Below are positions 42,902-53,228 of a DNA stretch of 64,000 nucleotides, piece after piece. The notes beneath the pieces were generated by a model. That model made no database searches, was not told the DNA's origin, and worked only from the letters and a program-made list of their open reading frames with translations. The position numbers were made by a program, and so were the translations under genes. The stretch comes from Candidatus Eiseniibacteriota bacterium (GTDB lineage: Bacteria > Eisenbacteria > RBG-16-71-46 > CAVPCR01), in NCBI GenBank assembly GCA_963823555.1, contig CAWGMA010000002.1:96001-160000 (forward strand), written 5' to 3'. The stretch's first letter is position 1. Each line of letters begins with the position of its first letter.

Positions 42902-43969
42902 ATGATCGGTATCGGCAGGGTCTGGATCCGCGTCTTCTTCACGCTCGTGGTCGCCGCTTTGCCGCTGACCGCGCTCGCTGCGGATCGCATCGTCGTTCTC
43001 GAGCACTACACGAACTTCCGCTGAGGCGTCTGCGGGGTGGTGGATCCACCCCTCAAGAGCTGGATCCTGGGCAAGACCGACGTGGTCGCCATCGAGTACC
43101 ACACGTCCTTCCCCTATGCCGGAGATCCCTTCTATCTCGCCAATGTGCCCGAGCAGGAGAACCGGGTCTTCTACAACCAGGTCTTCGCGGCGCCGGCCAT
43201 CCGTTTCGACGGGCCCAACATCCCGACCGCCAACAACCAGACGGCCTACGAGAACCTCTACCAGCAGCGCAAGGCGGCACCGTCGCGCGCGCGAATCGAG
43301 CTGGGCGGGGATTACGATCCGGTGCTCAGGACCGGTGAAGTCACGGCGCGTGTCATCGCCGAATCCGCGATCAGTGGTGATCAGCGTCTGCGCATTGCCC
43401 TGACCGAGAGCGAGATCGACTACGCGGCGCCGAACGGGATCAACATCCACGAGCACGTCTTCCGGCGCTTCGTTCCCGACACGGCGGGAACCGTCATCGT
43501 CTTCTCAGCGCCCTACCCCGATACCATGACCGTGACCCTTCCCTTCACGGTGGAGCCCGACTGGATCGAGACGCATGTCGACCTGGTGGCCTTCCTCCAG
43601 GAGCAGGTCTCGCGCCAGATCGACCAGGGGGCCAAGGTCGGGGTGCTCGACCTGCAGGTGGGTATCAGCGAGGAACCGGCGCCGGCGCCAGCCGCCAGCC
43701 GGCTCCTGCCCGTCAGCCCGAATCCCTTCAGCCCTGGTGCCGAGATTCGCTTCGAGGTCGCCCGGACAGGGCCGATCGAGATCACGGTTCATGATGTGCA
43801 AGGACGGCTCGTCCGCACCCTGGTCGATGCCGTCCACGAGGCTGGCTCGAGGGCCATCGCCTGGGATGGCCGGGATGATTCCGGTCGTGATGCCGGATCC
43901 GGCATCTACTTCCTCAGGCTCGCGACAGCCGGAAGCTCCAGCATCCAGAAGGCCGTGCTGGTGCGCTAG
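42902..43969 (+). CDS. putative secreted selenoprotein: thioredoxin-like/Omp28-related domain with UxxC plus FlgD-like C-terminal domain
   Basis: GGGAG RBS, ATG 42902, signal peptide (..LPLTALA), then RIVVLEHYTNFR-TGA(43022)-GVC in frame with the 43037-43969 ORF; AIEYH..PY.GDPFY; tail PNPF..WDGRDD..SGIYFLRL. Confidence 0.8.
43022..43055 (+). promoter_or_regulatory. candidate bacterial SECIS element
   Basis: Hairpin GGGGTGG(43034-40)/loop TGGAT/CCACCCC(43046-52). The loop starts 16 nt after the UGA and has G at its second position. Confidence 0.65.
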
Positions 43970-44046
43970 CGCAACCGGCTTCTCGATCCTTTCCTGCCGC
44001 GCTACACTCCCTGCCGGTGGTGGCCGCCGGGGAAGGGAGCTGGCTC

Positions 44047-46999
44047 ATGTCCACACGCGAGGGGCAGCACCCCGCTCGCGTCAGCGCGGCGGCCGCAACG
44101 TTCGGCAAGGCTCAGCTCGATGCGACTCTGGCGCGTCTCCGGCGAGAGGTGCGCGGCGAGGTGCACACCGACGCGCTGAGCCGCGCCATCTACGCCACCG
44201 ACGCCTCCAATTACCGCATGGTCCCGCTCGGCGTCCTGATCCCGCGCGGGCGAGCCGATGTCGAGGCGGCGGTGGCGATCGCCGCCGAGCACGGCATTCC
44301 CCTCCTCCCCCGTGGCGCCGGCACCAGCCTCGCCGGCAACACCGTGGGCGCCGCGCTCGTCATCGACTTCACCAAGCATATGCACCGGGTTCTCGACCTG
44401 GATCCCTCGTCGCGCCGCGTGCGTGTCGAGCCCGGCGTGGTGGTGGGCCGGCTGAACCGCGCGCTAGCGGCCCACGGTCTCGTCTTCGGACCCGATCCGG
44501 CGACCAAGGATCGCGCCGTGCTCGGCGGGATGATCGGCAACAACTCCTGCGGGGCGCACTCGCTCGCCTATGGCAAGACCGTCGACCATGTCGAGGGTCT
44601 GGTGGCCGTGCTCGCCGACGGTAGCTTGATCGAATCCGGTCGCGGCGGCCGGATCGGGGGCGGCGGGCGGGCGCGAGCGATCGCCGCCGAGCTGGAACGC
44701 GTCGGCGCCGAGGTCGCTCCGCTCGTGCGGGCGCGTTATCCGCAGATCCCGCGCCGCGTCTCCGGGCTCAATCTCGACGAGATCGTCCCCGGGACGGAGT
44801 TCAACCTGCCCGGGCTCCTCACCGGTTCGGAGGGCACCCTGGCGGTGACCCTCGAGGCGACGCTGGCCCTGAACCAGCGCCCGCGCCATACGGCGCTCGC
44901 TCTCCTGTCCTTCAGCGACGTGCCGGAGGCGCTCGATGCCGTCCCTGAGCTTGTCGACCGTCATCGACCCGCCGCGCTCGAGCTCATCGATCGCACCCTG
45001 ATCGAGAGCGCGCGGGCCCGTCCCCGATTTCACCATGCTCTGCGTCTGTTCGACGCCACGGCCGGAGGCACGCTCCTCGTCGAGGCCGCCGGCGACTCGG
45101 CGGCCGAGGTCGGCGAGCGAGCGCGGGCGATCGGGAGGGAGAAGCTTCCCGGGCTCATCGCCGCGACGGTTCTCGTCGATCACGAGGAGCAGGAGGAGGC
45201 CTGGGCGCTTCGCGAGTCCGCGCTCGGTCTCCTGTGGAACGTGCGCGGCGAGGCCAAGCCGGTGGCTGGGGTCGAGGACACGGCCGTTCCGCCCCGGCGG
45301 TCTCGGCGACTACGTGCGCTCCTTCCGCGAGATCCTCCGCCAGCACGGCACCGAGGGCAGCTTCTACGGCCACGCTGGCGATGGCTGCTTGCACATTCGT
45401 GTGTTGCTCGATCTGAAGGCGGACGGGGGTCCGAAGAACCTGCGCCGGCTCACCGAGGAGGTGAGCGACCTCGTCCTCGCGCATGGCGGATCGCTCTCGG
45501 GCGAGCACGGTGACGGCATCGCGCGCAGCGAGCTCCTGGGGCGCATGTTCGGTGCCGAGCTCGTCCAGGCCTTTCGCCGCGTGAAAACCCTCTTCGACCC
45601 GCATTCGATCCTGAACCCAGGAAAGATCGTCGATCCCTATCCGCTCGATTCGCACCTGCGTTTCCATCCCGAGTACCGGTTGCGCGAGCCGGCCACGGTC
45701 TTCGATTGGTCCGCGGCGGAGGGATTCGGGCGCGCGGTGGAGTCATGCATCGGCGTCGGCAAGTGCCGGAAGATCGATGCCGGGACCATGTGCCCATCGT
45801 ACATGGTCACGCTCGACGAGCTGCACTCGACGCGCGGGCGCGCCAACGCCCTGCGCGAGGCCATGCTCGGCGAGATCCTGGGTGGCGGTGGCGACCCGCG
45901 CCACCTGGGGATCGCCGACCCGCACCTCCGGGATGCGCTCGACCTCTGTCTGTCCTGCAAGGCCTGCAAGCGCGAGTGCCCGACCGGTGTCGATCTGGCG
46001 CGGCTCAAGGCCGAGGTCCTCCATCATCAGCACCAGGTTCACGGCGTGCCCTTTCATCATCGGCTCTACGCCCGGATCGGTGCCTTCTCCGCCCTGGGGA
46101 TGGCGGCACCCGCTTGGATCAACGCGGTGGCCGCCTTTCCACCCGCTGGCCGGCTGTTGCGCGCGATCGCCCGCATCCATCCCGCGCGCAGCGTGCCACG
46201 CCTTGCAGCGCGGAGCTTTCGCGCCGACTTCGCCCGGCGCGTGACAGGAGCCGCCCCCGCCGCCGGCAGCAGCCGGGTGATCCTCCTCGATGACACCTTC
46301 AACAATTACCAGGAGCCGCAGATTCTCGCGGCGGCGGTCGAGGTGCTGGAGCGGGCGGGCTTCTCCGTTTCGCTGCCGGCGGAGCGGGTCTGCTGCGGCC
46401 GCCCCTTCTATTCCCTGGGTCTCCTGGACAGGGCGCGCGCGGCCGGACGCCATCTCCTCGAGGTGCTGGGCCCTGAGATCGATCGTGGCACGCTCGTCGT
46501 CGGATGCGAACCGAGCTGTCTTCTCACCTTCCGCGACGAGCTGCCCGAGCTCGTGCCGGGTCCCCGCTCACGCGCCCTCGCCGGCCAGGCGCGACTCCTC
46601 TCCGAGCTGCTCCTCGAGGCCGACTTCCAGCCGGGACGTCTCGCCGCCCGGGCCCTGGTGCATGGCCACTGCCACGAAACGGCGCTCGGCGGAGCCGAGG
46701 CCCTGAACGCCGTCCTGGGTCGCGTCGAGGATCTCGAGTTCGAGGTCCTCGATGCGGGTTGCTGCGGCATGGCTGGGGCCTTCGGCTATGAGCGGGATCA
46801 CTATGACCTGTCGATGGCGATCGGGGAGCGGGTCCTCCTGCCGCGCGCCCGCGATGCCGCCCCGGGGACCCTTCTCATCGCCAACGGCACCTCCTGCCGG
46901 CACCAGATCCGGGATGGGGCCAAGCGGCAGGCGCTGCACGTCGCCGAGGTGCTGGCCCGCTGTACGCTTTCGACAGTGGCGCCGGCGCCCGGCAATTGA
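44047..46999 (+). CDS. FAD-binding and Fe-S-binding oxidoreductase (GlcD/GlcF-like fusion); one frameshift near 45295
   Basis: PRGAGTSLAG, GGMIGNNSCG, GSEGTL | GHAGDGCLH, SGEHGDG, CIGVGKC, CLSCKACKRECP, HGHCH, CCGMAG. Confidence 0.9.
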
Positions 47000-47011
47000 T
47001 AGCGTTCCGCC

Positions 47012-48001
47012 ATGGCTCGATCCCCTGCCTCGTTCCGCCTGCCCGATCCCACCGCGGCCATCCGCATCGGCATCTCGAGCTGCCTGCTCGGGCAGGAGGT
47101 GCGCTTCGACGGTGGTCACAAGGAGGATCGCTTCATCAGTCGCACCCTCTCCAATTACTTCGAGTACGTCCCCGTCTGTCCCGAGTTCGAGGTGGGGATG
47201 GGCGTGCCGCGGGAGTCGTTGCGACTGGTGGGGGACCCCGAATCACCGCGCCTGATCACCGTCCGCACCAAGATCGACCACACTCGTGACATGCACCGTT
47301 TCTCCGCGGCGCGGGTCCGAGAGCTCGCCGTGGAGCATCTCGACGGCTACATCTTCAAGAAGGACTCGCCGAGCTGTGGCATCGAGCGAGTACGGGTCTA
47401 CAACGAGGAGACCGGGATGGCCGTGCGGCAGGGAATCGGCATGTTCGCCCGCGAGTTCATGGCTCGCTTCCCGCTGGTGCCGGTGGAAGAGGAAGGCCGC
47501 CTGAGCGATCCGGTCCTCCGCGAGAACTTCATCGAGCGGGTCTTCTGCCACTGGCGATGGCGGAACCTGGTGGCCGACGGGTTCACTCGTGGCCGGCTGG
47601 TGGCGTTCCACACCGCGCACAAGCTGCTCCTCCTCGCGCACAGCCCCCAGCACTATGAACAGATGGGCCGGCTGGTGGCGCGCCCCAAGGAGCACAAGCC
47701 GGCGGAGCTGGCCCGGCGCTACGGCGAGCTCCTGGCGGCGGGGCTCGAGATCAAGGCCACGGCGCGCAAGCACGTCAATGTCATGACGCACATCGCCGGA
47801 TACTTCAAGAAGCAGCTCAGCGCCGACGAGAAGGCCGAGCTTCAGGCCCTCATCACGGACTATCGCCAGGGACTCGTCCCGCTCGTCGTTCCGATCACCC
47901 TCATCAAGCACTACGTTCGCAAGTTCGATATCTCGTACCTGCACGATCAGGTCTACCTGAACCCCCACCCCAAGGAGCTCATGCTCCGGAACCACGTGTA
48001 A
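47012..48001 (+). CDS. DUF523 (2-thiouracil desulfurase-like) + DUF1722 (YbgA) protein
   Basis: GISSCLLG..VRFDGGH, VCPE, KKDSPSCG, EEEGRL, FHTAHK, YLNPHP. Confidence 0.92.
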   Translation: MARSPASFRLPDPTAAIRIGISSCLLGQEVRFDGGHKEDRFISRTLSNYFEYVPVCPEFEVGMGVPRESLRLVGDPESPRLITVRTKIDHTRDMHRFSAARVRELAVEHLDGYIFKKDSPSCGIERVRVYNEETGMAVRQGIGMFAREFMARFPLVPVEEEGRLSDPVLRENFIERVFCHWRWRNLVADGFTRGRLVAFHTAHKLLLLAHSPQHYEQMGRLVARPKEHKPAELARRYGELLAAGLEIKATARKHVNVMTHIAGYFKKQLSADEKAELQALITDYRQGLVPLVVPITLIKHYVRKFDISYLHDQVYLNPHPKELMLRNHV

Positions 48002-48005
48002 AGCC

Positions 48006-48377
48006 ATGATGAAGCTCTTGATCCGTTGGGCCATCGTCGCTGTTGCACTCTTCGTGGCCGCCTGGCTGGTGCCGGGCATCCGCGTCGAGCAGAGTGGAAT
48101 CGGCGTGTATGCCGTTACCGCCATCATCCTCGGGTTGGTGAACGCCGTCGTGCGGCCGCTTCTCCTGCTTCTGACCTGTCCGGCCGTGATCCTGACGCTC
48201 GGGCTCTTCGTCTTCGTCGTCAACGCCATCGCGCTCCGGATCGCCTCGTCGATCGCCGTCAACTGGTTCCATGTCGGGTTCCATGTCGACGGTTTCGGTG
48301 CCGCTTTTCTCGGCGCTCTCATCGTGAGCATCGTCTCCGTCATCCTGTCGGCGGTGGTCAAGGACGACTGGGAGTAG
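48006..48377 (+). CDS. YvlD/DUF360 ('phage holin family') membrane protein
   Basis: GLVNAVVRP..LTCP..LTLGLF..VNA, GF..AFLGA. Confidence 0.88.
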   Translation: MMKLLIRWAIVAVALFVAAWLVPGIRVEQSGIGVYAVTAIILGLVNAVVRPLLLLLTCPAVILTLGLFVFVVNAIALRIASSIAVNWFHVGFHVDGFGAAFLGALIVSIVSVILSAVVKDDWE

Positions 48378-48384
48378 GCGGGGG

Positions 48385-48954
48385 ATGACGGAGAAGGAGC
48401 GCGTGCGCGAGGTCTACAAGGGGCGGGTCGTCCACCTCGTGATCGAGGATGTGGAGCTGCCGAACGGGAATCGGGTCCCGCTCGAGATCATCCATCACCC
48501 GGGCGCGGCCGCGGTGGTGCCGTTCACCGCGGCCGGCGAGGTGCTCCTGGTGCGCCAGTACCGGCATGCGGCGGGCGGTTACCTGCTCGAGGTCCCGGCC
48601 GGCAAGCTCGACCCGGGAGAGGCGCCCGAGGCCTGCGCGCTGCGGGAGACCGAGGAAGAGGTGGGCTACGCGCCGGGGCACCTGACGCGGCTGGGTGCGA
48701 TCTACACGACCCCCGGCTTCACCGACGAGGTGATCCATCTCTACGCCGCTCACGATCTCGTGCCGGGAACTGCCAACCTGGGCCCCGACGAGGTGCTGAG
48801 CGTGGTGCAGCTACCGCTTGCCGAGGCGTTGGCCAGGATCAGGCGCGGCGAGATCCAGGATGCGAAGACCATCTGCGCCCTGATGATGGCCGATCGGCTC
48901 TTTGGAGCTGGCGCCGGCGCCGCCGATCCGGGGCCGCAGCCGCCTCGTGCCTAG
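48385..48954 (+). CDS. NUDIX hydrolase, ADP-ribose pyrophosphatase-like
   Basis: HPGA, QYR, EVPAGKLDPGE..ALRETEEEVG, IQDAKT. Confidence 0.9.
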   Translation: MTEKERVREVYKGRVVHLVIEDVELPNGNRVPLEIIHHPGAAAVVPFTAAGEVLLVRQYRHAAGGYLLEVPAGKLDPGEAPEACALRETEEEVGYAPGHLTRLGAIYTTPGFTDEVIHLYAAHDLVPGTANLGPDEVLSVVQLPLAEALARIRRGEIQDAKTICALMMADRLFGAGAGAADPGPQPPRA

Positions 48955-49802
48955 CGATCGGCGCCGGCGTAGCGGCGAGCGGTCGTCACGGCGTGGAAGG
49001 CGATGACGAGGATGACGGTCGCGCCCCCGAGCAGAGCCAGCGATCCCGGGCGCTCGCCGCGCGCGATGAAGACCCAGACCGGATTGAGCACGGGCTCGAT
49101 CAAGGCGAAGAGCGCCACCTCGAGCGCCGGCAGACGCCGGATGGCCACCGTCAGCAAGAGGTAGCCGAGTCCGAGCTGGCCCGCGCCGAGCAGGATCAGG
49201 TAGCAGAGCTGGTCGCTGGTGAGCGCGAAGTCGGGCCATACCCAGGGTAGCGCGAGCAGCACGGCGGCCAGGTTCCCCAGCGCCAAGGTCTGCAGCAGCG
49301 GAGTGGCCCGCTGCCGGCGCATGAGGATCATCATCAGCCCGAAGCAGAATCCGGATGCCAGCGCCACGGCGTTGCCGCGTCCCCCGGTCGGTCCCACCCG
49401 CTCGGCGAGGACGAGGAGCAGGCCGACGAGCGCGCCGCCCACCGCGAAGACATCCGCCGCCCGGGGCCACCGGCGCTCGAGGATCGCGCCGAGCAAAATC
49501 ACCCAAACCGGGGCCGTCGACTGGAGGAGGATGGCATTGGCGGCCGTCGTCGACTTGTTGGCGACCACGAACAGGTTGACCGTGAAGGCATAGCTCAGGA
49601 TGACGCCGATCGACGCGGGACGCACCCGGCTCCAGCCGCGGCCGGCCACGAGGGCGAGAAACAGGCAGCAGAAGAGCGAACGGTAGAGCGAGATCGTGAG
49701 CGGCGGCAGATCGATGAACTTGAAGAGGACGCCGGCTGTAGACCAGCACATGGCGCCGGCCAGGATGGCGAGGATGCCCAGGCTGTAGGAGCGACGGTCC
49801 AC
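48951..49802 (-). CDS. EamA/DMT family transporter
   Basis: WSTAG, TTAANAILLQSTAP, IEPVLNPVWV..GE. GTG start at 49802 lies 7 nt after TGnTACGAT. Confidence 0.88.
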   Translation of the reverse strand: MDRRSYSLGILAILAGAMCWSTAGVLFKFIDLPPLTISLYRSLFCCLFLALVAGRGWSRVRPASIGVILSYAFTVNLFVVANKSTTAANAILLQSTAPVWVILLGAILERRWPRAADVFAVGGALVGLLLVLAERVGPTGGRGNAVALASGFCFGLMMILMRRQRATPLLQTLALGNLAAVLLALPWVWPDFALTSDQLCYLILLGAGQLGLGYLLLTVAIRRLPALEVALFALIEPVLNPVWVFIARGERPGSLALLGGATVILVIAFHAVTTARRYAGADR

Positions 49803-49982
49803 GGGGCACATCGTATCATGCACGTGGCAGGGCTCGATCCGGGGCAAAGCACCCAGGTCGCGGCACGAAATCGGTGCACACGATGTCTCGACATGTCACA
49901 CCTCTGTCCATTCGTGCTAGAATAGTGGTGCAGTGACCTCGCTGCTGCTCCCGGAGTCTCTGCAAATCGGAGGTCGCTCGCC

Positions 49983-50138
49983 ATGCTAAGAGTATTGCCC
50001 CTATTGATCGGACTGGCAGCCCTGCTCCTCGTCACGGATCACTGGGAGATCATCTTCAAGGTGACCCGAGAGGCCGGGCAGTGGCTGTGGCCCTATCTCG
50101 CATCGTTCCTGGATTCGATCGGCGCCTACGCACCGTAG
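49983..50138 (+). CDS. small (51 aa) hydrophobic protein, absent from the ORF track
   Basis: GGAGGT RBS; MLRVLPLLIGLAALLLVTDHWEIIFKVTREAGQWLWPYLASFLDSIGAYAP*; upstream TGcTAGAAT. Confidence 0.6.
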   Translation: MLRVLPLLIGLAALLLVTDHWEIIFKVTREAGQWLWPYLASFLDSIGAYAP

Positions 50139-50286
50139 GCCGGTGCAGCGTGCCTTGACCAGGAACGAATCCTCGGTCCGCATCGCATTCCGCTGCCCCG
50201 GGTTCCCTCCGCGCATCCCGCGCTTGCCGCCCCCACCCGCATCTGGCAGCATCGCCCGGCGACCCCGTCCCGTCGACCAATGACTC

Positions 50287-50769
50287 ATGGCACGCGAACC
50301 CATTCCCACGTGGTTCTTTGTTCTCCTCGTCGTCCGCCGCGGTGATCGCTTCCTCCTCGTCCAGGAGTCGAAGCCCGGCGAACCGTGGTACTTGCCGGCC
50401 GGGCGCGTGGAGCCGGGCGAGGACTTCATGGCCGCCGCCCGTCGCGAGTGCGTCGAGGAAGCAGGGATCCCGATCGAGATCGAGGGCGTGCTGCGATTGG
50501 AGCACACACCGCTTGCGGGCGGTGGCGCCCGGGTGCGCGTGATCCTCGTCGCGCGGCCGCGGGATGACTCAACCCCCAAGACGGAGGCCGACGGCGAATC
50601 GCTCGGTGCCGACTGGTTCACGCTCTCCGACATGCGACACATCGATCTGCGCGCCGATGAGGTTCTCCGCTACTGCGAGCACGTGGCCGGAGGAGGGCGC
50701 ATCTACCCGTTGGAGGTGCTCGGAGACGAGCTGGCGCGTGGAGGCGGCAGAACCCGTACGGCTCCATGA
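50287..50769 (+). CDS. NUDIX hydrolase
   Basis: WYLPAGRVEPGEDFMAAARRECVEEAG Nudix box. Confidence 0.9.
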   Translation: MAREPIPTWFFVLLVVRRGDRFLLVQESKPGEPWYLPAGRVEPGEDFMAAARRECVEEAGIPIEIEGVLRLEHTPLAGGGARVRVILVARPRDDSTPKTEADGESLGADWFTLSDMRHIDLRADEVLRYCEHVAGGGRIYPLEVLGDELARGGGRTRTAP

Positions 50770-51413
50770 GCGAGGACAGGAGCGGTCCGCATGACGATTC
50801 GAGCATCTGGCCCCGGTACTACGACGCGGTGTCGGGCCGCGAGCCCCGGGATCTGCTCCGCCGCCTCATCACTCTCCTCGATGAACGCGGCATCGCAGGC
50901 CGCGGCCGCCAGGCGATCGACCTCGGTTGCGGCGACGGCACCGACGCCATCGCGCTCCTCGGGCAGGGCTTCGATGTGCTCGCCGTCGACGGCCACGAGG
51001 AAGCGATCGCCCGCCTCCGCGCCCGGCTTCCCCTCGCGTCCGCGATCCGCCTCGAGACTCAGGTGGCGAGCTTCGAGACGATGGCCCTCAGGCCGGCGGA
51101 CATCATTTTCGCCTCCCTGAGTTTGCCCTTCTGCCGGCCGGCCGCCTTTCCCTGGGTCTGGCTCAAGATCGCTGGGTTGCTGCGGCCGGGTGGCTGGTTT
51201 GCCGGGCATTTCTTCGGTGTTCGGGACTCGTGGGCGACACGCAGCGAAATGACCTTCCACACGGCGGGGCAGTTGCGCGCGCTCCTTGCTCCCTTCACGA
51301 TCGAGTTCTTCTCCGAGGAGGAAAGGGATGGATCGACCGCCCTCGGCGAAGCCAAGCACTGGCATCTGTTCTCGGTGATCGCCGAGAAGCGCGTTGAGTC
51401 GCGCAAGGAATGA
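50766..51413 (+). CDS. class I SAM-dependent methyltransferase
   Basis: AIDLGCGDG, SLPFC, LRPGGWFAG, KHWH. Confidence 0.88.
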   Translation: MSEDRSGPHDDSSIWPRYYDAVSGREPRDLLRRLITLLDERGIAGRGRQAIDLGCGDGTDAIALLGQGFDVLAVDGHEEAIARLRARLPLASAIRLETQVASFETMALRPADIIFASLSLPFCRPAAFPWVWLKIAGLLRPGGWFAGHFFGVRDSWATRSEMTFHTAGQLRALLAPFTIEFFSEEERDGSTALGEAKHWHLFSVIAEKRVESRKE

Positions 51414-52852
51414 CCATGGATGACACCGCACTCGACATGCAGGAATTCCGCGCGATCGGTCACCACCTGGTCGACCGGTTGGCGGATCTCCTCGAGCACG
51501 CGGCGGAGCGCCCGCTCTTCCCGGATGTGTCGCCGCGCGTCCTGGAAGAGGCGTTCGCGGAACCGCTCCCGCAAGGGCCCGAGCCACTGGCCGCGATCCT
51601 GGCCGAGCTCGAACGGAATCTCTTCCCCTACTCGACCCAGCTCTCCCATCCCGGCTACTTCGGGCTCATCACGCCCAGCCCGACCCCGGCGGGCATCCTG
51701 GCCGACTTCATCGCCTCGGCGCTCAACCAGAACATCGGCGCCTACTCGATCGGTCCGGCGGCGACCGCGCTCGAGCGGCGCACGGTCCAGTGGCTCACCG
51801 ATCTCGTGGGCTATGACGAACGGGCGGGGGGCAACCTCACGAGCGGGGGCACCATGGCCAACTTCATCGGGCTCAAGCTGGCCCGCGACTGGGTATCCGG
51901 CGATCGCGCCCAGGAGGAAGGGGTGGGTGATCGCTATGCGGCCTATACCTCGGAGGAGCGTCACGTCGCGGTCGACAAGGCCGTGGATGCGATCGGCATC
52001 GGCCGCGCCGGGCTGCGCGTGCTTCCGACCGATGACCGCTTCGCCCTGAGCCTCGAGGCGCTCGAGGCGGCGATCGCCGCCGACAAGAGCCGCGGGGTGC
52101 GTCCGATGTGCATCGTGGCCATGGGCGGAAGCACCAATACCGGGGCGGTGGATGCGCTCGAGGAACTCCGCCGCATCGCCGACCGCGAGCGGATGTGGGT
52201 GCATGTGGATGCCGCCTATGGCGGCGGCATGCTCTTGTCGCAACAGCATCCCGGTGTGCTGGCCGGGCTCGCGCTCGCCGATTCGATCACGCTCGATCCA
52301 CACAAGTGGTTCTATGCGCCGGTCGATGCCGGGGCGATCCTGGTCAAGGACGGCGCGCGATTGACCCGGTCCTTTGGCATGCAGCCCGCCTATCTCACCG
52401 ACCGGCGCGATCCGGGCGGGGAGCGCTACAATTACTACGTGCATGGCTTCGAGCAGTCGCGCCGGTTTCGGAGCCTCAAGGTCTGGATGGGCTTCAAGCG
52501 CTACGGCGCGCGGCAGATCGGCCGCTGGATCGATGCCAACGTGGCGCAGGCCGAGCGACTGTGGGCGCTCGCCACCGCTCACCCCGACTTCGAGCCCGCG
52601 ACGCGACCGGCCATGTCGGCGGTCTGCCTGCGCTACCGGCCTGCCGGATGGGAGGAGGAGCGTCTGGCGCCCCTCCATGCCGACGTCGTCCGCCGAATCG
52701 AGGCCGGAGGCCGCTTCTGGATCTCGAGCACCGTCCTCAAGGGCCGGACCTGGTTCCGCGTCAATCCGGTCAACTTCCGCACTCGGCTCGCGCACATGGA
52801 CGAGCTCTTCGCGCTTCTCGTGCGCGAGTGTGAGCGCGGGCCTGGAGGGTAG
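51410..52852 (+). CDS. PLP-dependent group II (aromatic amino acid-type) decarboxylase
   Basis: HPGYFG, SGGTMAN, HVDAAYGG, DPHKW. Confidence 0.92.
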   Translation: MTMDDTALDMQEFRAIGHHLVDRLADLLEHAAERPLFPDVSPRVLEEAFAEPLPQGPEPLAAILAELERNLFPYSTQLSHPGYFGLITPSPTPAGILADFIASALNQNIGAYSIGPAATALERRTVQWLTDLVGYDERAGGNLTSGGTMANFIGLKLARDWVSGDRAQEEGVGDRYAAYTSEERHVAVDKAVDAIGIGRAGLRVLPTDDRFALSLEALEAAIAADKSRGVRPMCIVAMGGSTNTGAVDALEELRRIADRERMWVHVDAAYGGGMLLSQQHPGVLAGLALADSITLDPHKWFYAPVDAGAILVKDGARLTRSFGMQPAYLTDRRDPGGERYNYYVHGFEQSRRFRSLKVWMGFKRYGARQIGRWIDANVAQAERLWALATAHPDFEPATRPAMSAVCLRYRPAGWEEERLAPLHADVVRRIEAGGRFWISSTVLKGRTWFRVNPVNFRTRLAHMDELFALLVRECERGPGG

Positions 52853-52858
52853 TGATTC

Positions 52859-53152
52859 ATGCCTGCTTATGTGATCGTCGACATCGACGTGCACGATCCC
52901 GTGACCTACGAGGAATACAAGCGGCTATCGGGTGCGTCTCTCGCCGCCCATGACGGTCGCTTCATCGTGCGCGGCGGCAAGGTGGAAACACTCGAGGGAT
53001 CCTGGCGCCCGCGCCGGATGGTGGTGCTCGAATTCCCCAGTGTGGCGCAGGCCAAGGCCTGGTGGAGCTCGGCGGAATACGAGGAGGCGAAGAAGATCCG
53101 GCAGGCGAGCGCCGCGACCGAGATGATCGTGGTCGAGGGCGTGCCGGACTGA
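52859..53152 (+). CDS. DUF1330 domain protein
   Basis: MPAYVI..GRFIVRGG..LEG.W..VVLEFPS..AWW.S.EY. Confidence 0.92.
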   Translation: MPAYVIVDIDVHDPVTYEEYKRLSGASLAAHDGRFIVRGGKVETLEGSWRPRRMVVLEFPSVAQAKAWWSSAEYEEAKKIRQASAATEMIVVEGVPD

Positions 53153-53228
53153 CGGTCGCGGGGCGGCCGCCTTCACCATTGACCCCTCTGCGGCCCGCCC
53201 TCATCATGCTTCTCCTAGGGAGATTGCG

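Noticed and set aside
48006..48377. 'Phage holin' as evidence of a prophage
   Set aside because: The YvlD/DUF360 family is commonly chromosomal, and no phage genes are nearby.
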